From NCBI RefSeq assembly GCF_009914755.1, contig NC_060926.1: a stretch of DNA of 64,000 nt. One strand, 5' to 3'. The position numbers were made by a program, and so were the translations under genes. The notes beneath the pieces were generated by a model. It saw only the letters and a program-made list of their open reading frames with translations, was not told where the DNA came from and made no database searches. The first letter of the stretch is position 1; the number at the start of each line of letters is the position of its first letter. This document shows positions 15,851-30,741 of this stretch, in pieces. The stretch comes from the human T2T-CHM13v2.0 reference genome, Homo sapiens.

Positions 15851-16740
15851 CTGAGTACCATAAAGGATACCAATAAAAAATTTTAAAAAAACAACAAAAC
15901 TACAATGACAGCAACAACAAAAACCCTTACCAGACCTTCAGAAGGTTAGAGTCTAGTATGGACTAGAAGGGACATATATTAAGAGAACATCCTCTTGGTG
16001 AAAAGGTAGAAAAACCCTGCACTGCTCAGCCTGGCACAACTGAGCAGTGTGAGACAGGACTGAACCCTTCACCCCAGGGCAAGTGCTCAAGGTGGAACTT
16101 TAAGGGGAGCTTCACAGAAATCTCTCTGCTGTCACAATAATAAATACTTGTCCTACACACTATTGCTTCTTTCAAAAATAATAATTGTGCTGGAAATCAA
16201 AACGCTCTTCAGTTGAGAGGGAAAAGAAATGAAACACCCCATGCTCGATCCTGAAGCATCCCTTGCCTAAAGGAATGGAGAGCCTCTTGGGCATAAATTG
16301 TGCTCATCCCTCTAATCCACCGGGGCCACAATCTCCTAGTAAGTGATGAGCAAACAGAGCAGCAGAGGTCAGCCGGAGGGAGCAGCATCGGTGCTCACAT
16401 GTGTCAGTCCCCACCCATGCTACAGACCTTCAAGCTGTGGCTCTGATCATTTCAACCAGGACACCATATGTTAGTGGATTACATTCTCCAAAAGAGAATG
16501 GGAGACTCAGCAAAGCTGAAGTTCCGGCTGACATTCTCTCAGCTCCCAAATGTTAATTCGAGAACATTCCAGTTCAACTTCATGCTTCAAAGCTTACACA
16601 GTTTTCCACACTTACTGCTTTTGTAGAAAGATCGGGTTAAGTAACTGTGAATCCTGAGCACTTTCTAGTGTAATGATGTGAGTTTAGTAGCCAGGTTATG
16701 GAATACGCACTGGCATCAAAGGTATATAAATGTTTTCAAC

Positions 16741-16960
16741 TTTTTTTTTTTTTTTTTTTTTTTAAGACAGGGTCTCGCTCTGTTACCCAAACTGGAGTGC
16801 AGTGGTGCAATCATGGCTCACTGAAGCCTTGAACCCTCAGGCTCAAGTGATCCTCCCAGCTCAGCTTCCCAAGTGGCTGAGACTAGAGGTGCATGCCACC
16901 ACACCCAACTAATTTTTAAATTTTTTGTAGAGACAGGATCCTGCTATGTTGCCCAGGCTT
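16741..16960 (-). mobile_element. Truncated AluJ
   Basis: PolyT, antisense right arm and partial left arm. Confidence 0.9.
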
Positions 16961-17131
16961 GTTTTCAACTCTTTAGGTTTCCTTAGAACTGGTCTCCAGA
17001 CACAACTACTTTTTCCAGGTCATCCTATTCTGCCCTGACCCTCCTATGTTCTGAAAGATGGGCTCTCATGCTGGAAAGCAGGCTGACGTTTTCTTAGCTC
17101 CCAACCATTAGTTACAGAGCATTCTAACTTA

Positions 17132-17266
17132 ACTTCGTGTTAAAGCCTTTCCTCTGACATTCAGGCTATCTGACCACACAACTGTCATCCATCAGCCCCT
17201 AGGTCGTGGTCCTTCAATCAGGACTGGGCACCAGCTCACAATATCCTCCCCACCCCAACTCCCACC
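17132..17266 (+). repeat. Second (probably donor) copy of the 13040-13173 repeat
   Basis: Same manual alignment as 13040-13173. Confidence 0.9.
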
Positions 17267-17534
17267 ATTGCCAAGTTGATTTCACTGAGTCTTAAGAATT
17301 CTATCCCCAAACCCAGAATCCATCCCTTCTACTGCACCCCTGATGCCCCTTAGCTCAGGCCTTCCTCTTTTCTTACTGAAAAACTAAAATAGAGTCATAA
17401 GTTTCTCTGCCTCCAGTCTCTTTCTAAAACTTGTATGGAATAACTCCTCTTAAAAGCATTCATTAGTCCCTTCGAGCCAGAGGAAAGTCCAAATTCCTTA
17501 ATGCAGCAGAATATAAGAGCCTTTATACATTTCC

Positions 17535-18430
17535 CCATTTTATTATGAAAAATTTCAAACATACAGTAAAGTTGAAAAGATCAAACTGCAAACATCCATA
17601 CACCCACCACTTGTAGAATCTACAAGTATTAACATTTTGCTATACTTCTTTTATCAGCTGTTTATCATCCATCTATCCAAACATCAACTCATCTCATTTT
17701 TGATGCATTTCCCAGTCAGTTGCAAACCTCAGTGCACTTCCCCCTAAATACTTCAGCATACATATCTTTAGTATTCAGGGTTCATCATTCTTTTTGGGGA
17801 TGAGGGTAAATAAAATTTATTTACAGTGAAATGTACAAATCTTCAGTGTGCTATTGGATGAGTTTTGGTAAGTGAACACACTCAGGTAACCCAAACCCCC
17901 ATCAAAATATAAAATCTTTCCATCTCACACAAAGTCCCTCAGGCCCCTTTCCAGACAATCCCACCCAAATCCTCCCATAGGCAACCGCTGTTCTGATTGT
18001 TTTCATGTATTATTAGTTTAGCCTACTTTAGAACTTCAGAAAAATAGACTCATACGGTATGTGCTTTTTTGTGTAAGGATATTTTACTCATCATAATTGT
18101 TTATGTTGTTGAATGTATTAGTAGTTTGTTAATTTTCATTGCTGACTAGTGTTTCATTATTTGAATAAATCTGTTTGTCCTCTCCCTTACTGATGGACAC
18201 GTGGGTTATTTCAGATTGGGGCTGTTATAAAGAAAGCTCTAAGAGCACTGTTGTACAAGTCTTTTTGTGCCATATTTTTATTTCTCTGGGGTAAATACCT
18301 AAGAGTAGAAGTGCTGGGTCACTGGATAGGTATATGTTTAATTTTATAAGAAAGTGACAGAGCTTTTCTTATACCAACAACGTGATTGTACCATTGTATA
18401 CTCCCACCAAAAATGTATGACAGTTCCAGT
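17535..18430 (-). mobile_element. L1M (MC/ME-like) 3' end, between L2 fragments
   Basis: 'ttttattatgaaaaatttcaaacatacag', 'tacagtgaaatgtacaaatcttcagtg', 'gggtaaatacctaagagtagaagtgctggg'. Confidence 0.8.
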
Positions 18431-19499
18431 CCCTTTATAATTTGAATATTGCCCTTTCCTCACTCAGCCTCATCTCTCAATACTCCCTCTTCCTCACCTC
18501 TGCTCCTCCCAACCCAACAAACTTTCAGAACTTTAACCTTTTTGCTGCTTTATTCTCAGGAGGTTCACACATGCTGTTTCCTCTGCCTGGAATATCCTGT
18601 CTCAGTCTTCTGCTTGACAAAATGAGTTTACAATTGTTAAAATAACACCTCTTCTGCAAAGTCCTCCCTGTCCCTGCCAGTCACCCAAATTTTCAGATTA
18701 CCATACATGTGGCCTGAAGCTCTATTTTGTTGCACTTATCATAATGTATTGTGATTATCTTGGATGTGTTAATCTCTCCACTAGACAGACAAGGCAAAGA
18801 GGGAACCACTCTTTTCTGCCGTAGAAATGATACTTGTTATTCCTACCAGTGTAAGGATTTTGGATACTGTGAACCTATAAAAACAACATTCTAGGCTGTT
18901 CTCTAGGTAGGGCACCTGAAAAATGAGTCACCAAAGAAAATAAAACTAGCAAGGAGAGCTTCTTATTTATCTTGGAATCCTCAGGGCTAATACAGTGCTT
19001 AGCACGTGGTAGATGATTAATAGATGTTTGGCAAATTAATAGCACATCCAATCATGTTGCTTCCCTACTTATAATTCTCCTCTAGCTCTTGATCATCTAC
19101 AAGATTAAATCTCTTAATATGATGTACAAGGCCAATCATAATCTGGAACCCACAGTGAACTCCTGAGAGTGCCTGGCCAGTGTTCTCTGATGCCTCTGTG
19201 CTTTTCTGTATGTACCCTGTACTGGAATGTCCATCCCCTCTTTAACTGGTAAACTCACAGCTCTAAGTTTGGTGTAGATCAAACCAGGACTTCTCTGTGA
19301 ACTTTCACCCAACAGAATGCCCACCCCCATGCCCACCTTGATTTTTTTACCCTGATTATATCCCACTTGTATGCATTCTAGTCTTTCTTGCTAGGACTAT
19401 ATTCTCTCACAGGGCAAGGATTTTATTTTTATTCATTGTACGAAACACATTGGCCTAGTTTATCATACTCTTCACCCTATGCTAAAATAATGATTAGAG

Positions 19500-19860
19500 A
19501 TGTATTATGTCAAGTGATCCTCTTTCCCTCCCACAGCTAACTGGACCAGGAGAGGACACCTGGAGTGCATTCTCCCTTGAGAATCCGAAGTGATGACCTA
19601 GGAACTGTAATCAAATGGTGCTACACAACCATGTAGACTAGGCTGATGGCTGCTACTGTCAGCCATGTGTGTTCCAGAGAGACAGACAGAGAGGCAGACA
19701 GAAGAAAGACCTGGTAACTTCCAACACCCACAAAATCTAGCTTCACTTCCTGCTGTTGGGTTCTGGGAGGTTCCCTTGTACTTATCCAATACACTCCTTT
19801 TTACTTAATCTAATCTGAATTAAATTTCTGTTCCTTGCACCCAATGACTCTAAGTCACCT
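19500..19860 (+). mobile_element. Ancient ERVL-type LTR (LTR33/LTR16-like)
   Basis: 3' end 'caatacactcctttttacttaatcta...tttctgttccttgcaccc' resembles ERVL LTR termini. Confidence 0.45.
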
Positions 19861-20464
19861 TGCACCAATATGTCTGTAGAACATATGAGCTCAATAATAT
19901 GAGTTTCAATAATTTTAACAATTACAGGCTTTAATAGAAACTACCCAGAACAGAGTGTTAAAATATAATACTAAAAATTACACTTGATGAGTTAGAATTT
20001 TTAAGATAAGGACTAGATTTACATTAAAACAGTACTTGCATTAGTATACTGAGACCAAGGAAGAAAAATGGTCAAATACCTATTTGGGAAAGGACAGACA
20101 CAGAGAAGTGGACAGGGGTACATGGCTTGCACTGTTACCTTTCTTGAGCTGACGGATCAGTGTTAGGGAGGACAGGAGCCAAGATCTCTGCCACTCAGAG
20201 CACTCATTACCTGGGAATGTTGTGAAGATGGTTTTCACCTGGGATTATCAGAAAGCAATCACAGAGAAGAGGATTAAGCCCTCAAACGGGAGGAAACACA
20301 GGCTGGAGTCTTTCATATCAGATGAAATAAAAGCCCAGCCACAGACAAACCTGGCAAGGCCTGTGAAGAAGGTAAGTTTCCAAGAAGGACCAAGGAGCAT
20401 GCCAGCACCAACTGATGAACTGAATTACATCAGGGGAAAACTTACTCCACCTTTGGTGTGAAAC

Positions 20465-21109
<645 letters not shown>

Positions 21110-22031
21110 TCACTGTGCTTCCAAAAGACCTGAGAGGTCAAGACATTCCTCCAGGTAAACAGAAACCTAGTGACTCCAAGGAAGTGAGAGCTGGGTAATA
21201 GGAAGAGAAACAAAACTGAGGAGTCAGTTTCTGGCTCTCAGTGGAAGCTCCAGCGATGCAGTAAGCTCCAGGGATGGCCGACTCAGCCCTCTTGGACAAA
21301 GCTGAGATCAGACTTGACTCAGGCTCCAAATAAAACATAAAGAAACCCAGCTTCCCTGAAGCAGAGACCTAGCATTAACAACCTAAAAACCAAATGAGTA
21401 TAAACTCATCAACTAGATTGATAATAAATGGGTACCAGGCAAAACAGAACAGAGACAGAATGTGGGCTGGGGAGGAAGGTGGGTCTTCCATAACCAGAGT
21501 CTTGGGGGCCTCAACAAAGGGTTGAAGAGAGAGGCCACGAGGTCAGTGCAGAGCAGTCAGAAGCCTAAGGAAAAAATATCTGAAGCTTAATTAGGAAAGT
21601 GCTCATTCATTCAGAAGCCAGGACAGGGCACCAGGACAAACCAAGGTGTCACACGGTTTAGACAAGATATATGCTAAAACAAGGAGGAAAAGTAGCTCTG
21701 AAGAAGAACAGGGAATCCCACCTGACCTGGAAGGAAGACGAGAAGCATTCCACCCAAGTATCTAATGCTAGTGGTAAGGCTACATGTCAAAAAATATTGA
21801 GAAGAGGGAAAGGAATGGGAGCTGAGTAATCCATAAGCTGCATCGGCAAGTAGTCTCAGTGAGGCAGAAAGACCTCTGGTAGAATGTTGGCTGGCGTGTG
21901 CCTGGAAAGCAATGTGGCAATATGCATAAAAACCCAAGAGATCTTTCAACTCCCAAATTCCACTTCTAGGAATCCATCTTAAGGAAATAACCTGAAATAT
22001 CCACAAAGTATGTACAAAAATAGTTAAGACA

Positions 22032-22333
22032 GGCCAGGTTTGGTGGCTCACACCTGTAATCCCAGCACTTTGGGAGGCCGAGGCAGGCAGATCACTTGAG
22101 GTCAGGAGTTCGAGACCAGCCTGGCCAACATAGTGAAACCCGTCTCTACTAAAAATACAAAAATTAGCTGGGCGTGGTTGCGGGTGCTTGTAATCTCAGC
22201 TGCTTGGGAGGCTGAGGCAGGAGAATCGCCTGAACTTGGAGGGTAGAGCAGTGAGCTGAGATCATGCCACTGCACTCCAGCCTGGGTGACAGAGCAAGAC
22301 TCCATCTCAAAATAAAAATAAAAATAAAAATAA
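22032..22333 (+). mobile_element. AluS
   Basis: Full dimer with (taaaaa)n tail. Confidence 0.95.
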
Positions 22334-22402
22334 AGTCAAGACAAAAAAACTATAAACATAAAAAATAGAAGTCACTTAAATGCCCAATGAAAAGAGATTA
22401 GA

Positions 22403-22949
<547 letters not shown>

Positions 22950-23004
22950 TTATACGAAAGAACATTCTATAGCTAGTAAAATATTGAACATTAAATGTAC
23001 ACGA

Positions 23005-23350
23005 CGGGGATGGTGGCTCATGCCCATAATCCCAGTACTTCTGGAGGCTGAGGCGAGAGGATTTCCTGAGGCCAGGAGTTAAAGACCAGCTGGGCAACAT
23101 AGCAAGACCTCATCTCTACAAAAACAAACAAAATAGCTGGTGGTGCACACTTGTGGTCCTAGCTACTCGGGAGGCTGAAACAGGAGGATCACTTGAGCCC
23201 AGTGATCATACATTAAACTATGATACATACATAGTTCATACATTGAACTATCATTGTGCCACTGCACTCCAGCCTGGGTGACAGGGCGAAATTCTGTCTT
23301 TACAAATAAAAATACGTATAGCAAAAAGACTACAAAAAAAAAAAAAAAAC
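23005..23350 (+). mobile_element. AluJ carrying a 41-bp non-Alu insert
   Basis: J-type dimer; insert at 23203-23243. Confidence 0.85.
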
Positions 23351-23622
23351 CACACACACAACAAAATGCTGTGACTAAAACAAAACAAACAACTTCTAAG
23401 ACTGATTTACTTGTGGATGATGATCTATGTTCTATAATGACCATATATTATCTTTTTTTCTATGAAAATACATTTTTGGTTGTTTGTTTTTAGAAAAACC
23501 TGTCCTCCAAACTTGAGGCTTGTTAAGAAGGCGACCCTCCAAGAAGGACCGGGAGCACACTAGCACCAATCAATGAACTGAATTATGTGAGGGGAAAACT
23601 TCCTTTGTCTCTGGTATAAAAC

Positions 23623-24235
23623 CAGGACTAGGGTAAGGGGAATGAGGCACTTGCTAGGGGCACAAAATTTAGAAAGGTGCCAAAAAAACTCAGTAGTCCA
23701 GATAAATACTATTTTACTGCAATATTTTTTAAAAATTGAAATTAGGGCAAATAAAATCCAAGATAAACAAATTTTTTTTTTTTTTTTTTTTTTGAGACAG
23801 AGTTTCACTCTTGTCGCCCAGGCTGGAGTGCAATGGCGCAATCTCGGCTCACTGCAACCTCCGCCCACTGGTTCAGGCGATTCTCCTGCCTCAGCCTCCC
23901 AAGTAGCCAGGATTACAGGCACGCGCCAACATGTCGGCTAATTTTTGTAATTTTAGTAGAGACAGGATTTGGCTACACTGGCCAGGCTGGTCTCGAACTC
24001 TTAACCTCAGGTGATCCACCCGCCTTGGCCACCCAAAGTGCTAGGATTACAGGCGTGAGACACCGTGCCCGGCCACAAATTTCAAATTTTTAAATAAAGA
24101 CAGGATCAGTATTTCAGTATTGATTTTTCTTTTTGCCTCAGGCTCCAATATGGCTGGGCTCAGCACAGTTACTGATCCTGTCTTTATTTTAAATTCTGAT
24201 ACTTTGTTCATGGAAGACTTTTTGCATTAATTTGT
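23623..24235. mobile_element. Second MER96B-like element with an Alu inserted
   Basis: 'caggactagggtaaggggaatgaggcacttg...'; inverted 'taaataaagacaggatcagta' / 'tactgatcctgtctttatttta'. Confidence 0.75.
23772..24074 (-). mobile_element. AluS (Sq/Sp-like)
   Basis: PolyT then antisense dimer. Confidence 0.95.
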
Positions 24236-24637
24236 TTCTTGCTTACTGTAATCCTGATGGGCTAATTTCCTAGAAAATGTTTTCACCCTTCCATCATGGT
24301 CAGGGCAGTGGGGCACACCAATGCCTGTCTGCTCTAATGCCAGCCCTAAACAGGAACAAAAGAAGAATGAAAGTACCCTGGAGCGGGGAATAGCCTGGTC
24401 TAAAGAAACCCATGCACTCTCTCAGGCCCTGCCAGACCACAACTCCTACAAAACCCTCCTCACTCTCCACTAGCCCAAGCTCTCTCCCCAATGACTTTCT
24501 GGGATTAAAACAGAAAAATCCATTAAGAAAATATACAATATACAATGATTGACAACCCCTCCCTAACCACAAGGGGAGTGTTAGTCTTTAACAGAATACT
24601 ATTTTAAGATACATATATGTTAACAATTATGCTTGAG

Positions 24638-24928
24638 GTTTTTTTTTTCTAACTTTTATTTTAGGTTTGGGGGTACATGTGAAGGTTTATTAATTATGTA
24701 GGTAAACTCGTGTCACGGGGGTTTGTTGTACAGATCATTTCATCACCCAGGTATTAAGCCCAGTACCCAATAGTTATCTTTTCTGCTCCTCTCCCTCCTC
24801 CCACCCTCCACCCTCAAGTATACCTCAGTGTCTGCTGTTTCCTTCTTTGTGTTCCTAAGTCCTCATCATTTAGCTCCCACTTACAAGTGAGAACATGCAG
24901 TATTTGATTTTCTGTTCCTGCATTAGTT
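24638..24928 (-). mobile_element. 5'-truncated older L1PA 3' end
   Basis: 'ttttaggtttgggggtacatgtgaagg...cttacaagtgagaacatgcag'; TSD ttatgcttgag at 24627 and 24929. Confidence 0.88.
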
Positions 24929-27015
24929 TTATGCTTGAGTTTCAATGGAGGTATAAACACATAAGCATTCCAAAAACAAGTGAATCAGAGTGAATGAAAA
25001 TGATTAGCTCAATTAACCATGCTTATGAGAAGTTTATCAAAGCCTAGGTCCACCTGGTGGCATTTCCGTATATGCCTAGAAAAAAATGGCCTCTAGAGCC
25101 TCGCTTCTACAAGATCAAATAAATGACCATGGAAGTGTCTCCACCTTAGATAGCGGTCTGAAAAACTGCTCTGGTAACAACACAAATATAATCCAAATAT
25201 AAAGGGGAAGAAACATACATGCAATATCATTCTCCACGGCATTAAGACCACATGGCCTAGTCCCTACCAGACCTTCACATCTTCCAGCTACTTAACAGCA
25301 CATCTGTTTAGGACACATCCAAAAACAGCACTATTGAGATTCAGCTCTGCGCCAAGCACTTTCACATGCATTACCTAATTGCATCCTCATGACAAGCCTG
25401 TGAGGCGAGTACTATTACACCAGTCTTGCCGACGGGGAACCAACTGCAGGTTCACTCTGAGCAGCAGAACCCCTGTCTTCTGCCCAAAATCTGGTTGTTT
25501 GCCCAGTGCTCTTGGCCTGTGCCTAGCAGGCTCATTTCTTAAAGCCCACCTACAAGAGGATCCTCCAGCATGTTCTACTGTGCTTTTCTCACCAAGTTAC
25601 CCATCACTCATCAGAGACTCAAGGCCCAGTTTACCAATAAGTAAAATGAGACACCGCAAGGTAAGAAATTCACCTGACTTTCCACTGTCTGATCTCTGAC
25701 CCCACGTACTTAAGAGGGGGCAGGGTGCCATCCTGAGGAACTAGACTACTCTGTAGAATTTACTCCCCTGCTGTGAAGAAGAAATGGTGCCCTAACACTC
25801 ATTCCAGGTGAAACATCCCCTCTACCCTCCATGACAGGCAGAGCTGAGTGGCAATATGGGAGAGCGCCAAGAACTACTGGTACACAGTGGAGATCATTTC
25901 CCAGACCAGGCTGTGGTAGGGATTTCAGCTTCAAAGATTGAGTTACATTCTTTCCTTCCTGGCCCTAACCCCTACTCTTGTCCTTTGTACTTGCCTCAAC
26001 AGCTGGAAGCAGGGTGCAATCTACACTGTGCCAAAACAGGAGGCCAGGGCAAGACTTCTCTTAATCCCCACTCACCACAACTGTCTCCACAGGAGGCAGG
26101 AGGGACTCAGACCAAGAGCCAGCACATTCCCATGGGGGCTAGCGCTGTAGGTTGGGGAGGGGGCAGGGATGGTGGAGATGGTGGACTTATTCTTAAATTC
26201 TATTTATTTTCACCATTCCTGGGTATTCCTTTCACCTTCATCTTCACTAAGGCACCCTAAGAAATTCAGTCTCCCAAGACAACATGATCTGAGGTGGAAG
26301 GAAGGGCCAGAGTTGGAGAAGAGGAAGAATTCATTGCATTCTCCACCCCCTTCCCTCCCTCGGGCTGTTAAAGGGAACAGGGCCACCTCACCTCTCAGCT
26401 TTCAAGCAGTAATTAATTACTACGAGTCCAGGGCTTTAGATGAAGTGAAAAATGGTTAGCATTAGACAAAATCAGATCTTGCACACATCCCGATAGGGTT
26501 ACATTAGTAAGAAGACGTGATGGGAGTGCGGAAAATGTTTTCAGTGAAATATAGAATAGAAAGATGCCTTTAGGCTTTTCTCTGAATGCTGAATAGTAAG
26601 AGATGCTGACTGTGGTCAGAGCCTGCTTCATGGCAATTAGTGATTCAATCCTAAGGAAACCTGAGAGTCCAATGCTGAGCACATCAACAACCTGGCTCAG
26701 ACTAGAGTTCAAATGCAATGAGATCCTGCTTGCAGGTGCACCACCTCCTCCCCAACTCCCACTGATCTATACAGCACAGCTACCTACTTTTTTATCTGAA
26801 GCTATTTCCAGGGTCAAAAATGCCATTTAAAAATCTCTGAACACTGAGAGGAGCCACCATTCCTCCCTTTCCACCACCCCAATCTACCAACACTCTGAAG
26901 TCCTAAAACGTCCCAATCCCTCAACGTTTACATTCCCTGCTCTCCTCTATCTGAAGCCCAGCCTGGCTTCCCCTCCTGTCTCTAGAGCCCATCGTTTAGG
27001 GACTTCACTCCCTGA

Positions 27016-27362
<347 letters not shown>

Positions 27363-27605
27363 TGATCCAACTAGCTACCACCCCTTTCCTCTCTTTTACA
27401 ACTAGACATTTCAACCTGTCTATTCTCTCACTCTCTCCACATTCTACCTCCCAGTCATTCAGAAACCTCTTATGAAGTAGATTCTGCCCTCTCCAAGGCC
27501 CAGGACCTCTCTGTGGCTCAATCAAGCGGATGGTTTTCAGATGGCACCTTGTGTGACAGCTACTGAGCACTTTTCACTGGTGACATTCTTGAATCACTCT
27601 TTCCA

Positions 27606-27900
27606 GCCAGGCCTGGTGGCTCATGCCTGTAATCCCAGTACTTTGGGAGGCCGAGGTGGGAGAACTGCTTGAGCCGAGGGGTTGAGACTAGACTGGGCAA
27701 CATGGAGAGACCCCATCTCTACAAAAAATACAAAAATTAACTGGGTGTGGTGGTGCATGCCTAGAGACCCAACTACTCAGGAGACTGAGGTGGGAGGATT
27801 GCTTGGGCCCGGGAGGTGGAGGTTGAAGTGAGCTGAGAAGCTGAGACTGTGCCACTGCACTCCAGCCTCAATGACAGAGCCAGACCATGTCTAAAATAAA
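27606..27900 (+). mobile_element. AluJ within L2 fragments
   Basis: Dimer; flanking 27400-28500 is L2-like ('cacaggcaccccaaactcaacatgtttaaaactgaa'). Confidence 0.88.
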
Positions 27901-28589
27901 GAATTTTAAAAACTACTCTTTCCTTTGGGCTTCCAAAGAAAAGGACATGACATGCTCAGTATTTCCCCTACATCTCTGTCCACTTCTTGATCTCCTTTAG
28001 AGTTGTTCGTCTTCCTCCTGTTCCTTAATTGCCAGTGTTTCCTCAGCGTTCAGTCCTGAGTCATCTCTGTTCACCCTATAAATGCGCCCTGGTTGATTTC
28101 ACCCATTAGGCATTTAAACATCCTTTAATTACATTCATAATATTGACAACTATCTCCAGAGGTCCAGACCCATATATTTGACTTTCTCAATTAAGCTGAT
28201 AAACATTTCCACTTGTAATTTTCACAGGCACCCCAAACTCAACATGTTTAAAACTGAAATCAAACCCCAGGTGTCCCCTCCACACATACCTCCCAAGCCT
28301 CCCTTTCTGTGTTCCCCAATGCTGTGACCACCATCTACCCCATTTCCTGTCTTCAGAAACTCCCTCTCCCCAATATCCAACTAACAACCAAATCTTGATG
28401 ATTTGTCTCCATCTCTTTCAAGTCTGCTAACTTCTGCCCATACTAACAGCCACTGGCTTATTTCAGATCCTCCTCATTTTTCTCCTAGACTACTAGAATT
28501 TCTTAGTGTACTCTCAGAACAGAAACCTTTGGTGGGGGTCTGTGCAACTCAATGATCCACCTTTCTCTGGACATCCCCTCTCCTCCACC

Positions 28590-29045
28590 CATTATGTTTG
28601 TACTAAAGAATACCCTTTCCCCATCCTTGCCAGACTTCATGGGACCATCATGGACATCTGATCCACACCAGGCAACTCAGATTCTTTCCTGGAAAAGTGG
28701 AATTTGGTATAAGTATGTGCAGACAACTTAAACTACAGCAAGTGAAAAGTGGGAGCTGCACGGAAACCATATGGTGCCATAGGAATATTAAACAGAGAAA
28801 GTCTATCTGCATTAAAAAAGAAGACCAAAGCAGAAGCAGAAAAAAAGCAGAGATGAGAGAGAGAGAAACACTCCTGGTGGCCTTTTTCTTCTAATTTCAG
28901 ACTCTTGGCGAGGGTCAGTAGCACTTTTGCTCCAGGTTCCGTTAGAAACACCCACCAACTTGTCTTTTTCACATTTCCCTTTTTATTTCAGCTCGTTTAA
29001 GTAGATAACTGTTAATGTGCCCACAGAGTGTCTTGGTTAATACAT
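28590..29045 (+). mobile_element. Ancient ERVL-type LTR (LTR33-like)
   Basis: Ends 'tttcccttttatttcagctcgtttaagt...ttaataca'. Confidence 0.4.
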
Positions 29046-29384
29046 TTGAATCCACTCACTTCTTCTCACTTGATCTCAGCTCTCCTATCTATAAAACCAA
29101 AAGACTGAATTACATGAACTCTATGAAGGCTTTAATGCACTACATTCTTTGAGCAGAGTATGTGTGCTTTTTCTATATTCAGTCTAATGCGCAAAATGAT
29201 GGTCACCACCAGCCCAAGGACAGTCATATGCATATTTAGGGTTGCATTTTGTTACAAGTTTTTAAACTATGCAAGTTTACAAGCAAATTAATAAAAATGA
29301 TCTTTTTTTTTTTACAGAAGTACATGTAAGTAACACATGCTTTACATATTAGATATTTAATAAGTAGCTTATGAATTTATCTAG

Positions 29385-29704
<320 letters not shown>

Positions 29705-30001
29705 TTTTGTTTTTTTAAAAACAGTGCACTACAATCAGTGTGGCATTGTAGAGTGAATGTATTTTTTTCTGCAATAATATAAGGATGACTAGTGAAAAGT
29801 ATTCTCTAAATACGTTTGAAAATGGCCCATTTGAAAATGGACTGGCCCACCTGCCGAGTGTCAAATGAGATTGCTAAATTGCAGAGCAACGTTTTAATTC
29901 AGGGCTTCAAAAAAGGGAGTAATTTAAAAATGTACATTTATGATAACAGGTTGAAAATTGACGCAAAACACTTTCTTTAGGTTAAAAATAGATCTTTTTT
30001 G

Positions 30002-30298
30002 GGCTGGGCATGGTGGTTCATGCCTATAATCCCAGCACTTTGGGAGGCTGAAGTGGGAAGATCACTTGAGCCCAGGAATTTGAGACCAGCCTGGGCAACA
30101 CAGCGAGACCCAGTCTCTACAAAATAATTTTTTAAAAACTTAGCCAGGCATGGTGGTGCGCATCTGTGGTCCTAGCTACTCAAGAGGCTGTGGTGGGAGA
30201 ATTGCTTGAGCCCAGGTGGTTGAAGCTGCAGTGAGCCATGATTGCGTCACTGCATTCCAGCCTGGGTGACAGAGTGCCCTGTCTTTAAAAAAAAAAAA
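30002..30298 (+). mobile_element. AluJ
   Basis: Full J-type dimer. Confidence 0.93.
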
Positions 30299-30673
30299 GT
30301 GCATTTTTGAAGATAAATCAGTGTCGTGTGAAAAATATTTTTTTAAAGACAAATTTTGGCTTTTGCATTTTGTAAAATTCATAAGCTACTTATTAAGTAC
30401 CTAATTTACAAAATATGTATTACATCACTGATAAAGTACTTAGTAAATAAATAGCTAAATGCTGATAGAGTCTGATTCAGCAAGCCTGAGTGGGGCCCTG
30501 GATCTATTTTTTACAAAAGCCTCACAGACAACACAGATCATCTGCCAGTTTGGGGAACCACTGTCCCAGGATCAGGACATATTTCAGATCTCTTTGAAAT
30601 AAGAAGTAGAAACTGCAGTATACTGAGAACACTTAGAATAGAATCAGAGTATCTCTATACATGAAAAACCTCC

Positions 30674-30741
30674 GTGTGTGCGTGTGTGTGCACGTGTGTG
30701 TGTGCGTGTGTGTGCGCGTGTGTGTGCGTGCACACATGCAC
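30674..30741. repeat. (GT/GC)n alternating purine-pyrimidine microsatellite
   Basis: Directly visible. Confidence 0.9.

Noticed and set aside
25049-25063. CTCF-like 'ccacctggtggca'
   Set aside because: Mismatch in the GGC core and no other support.
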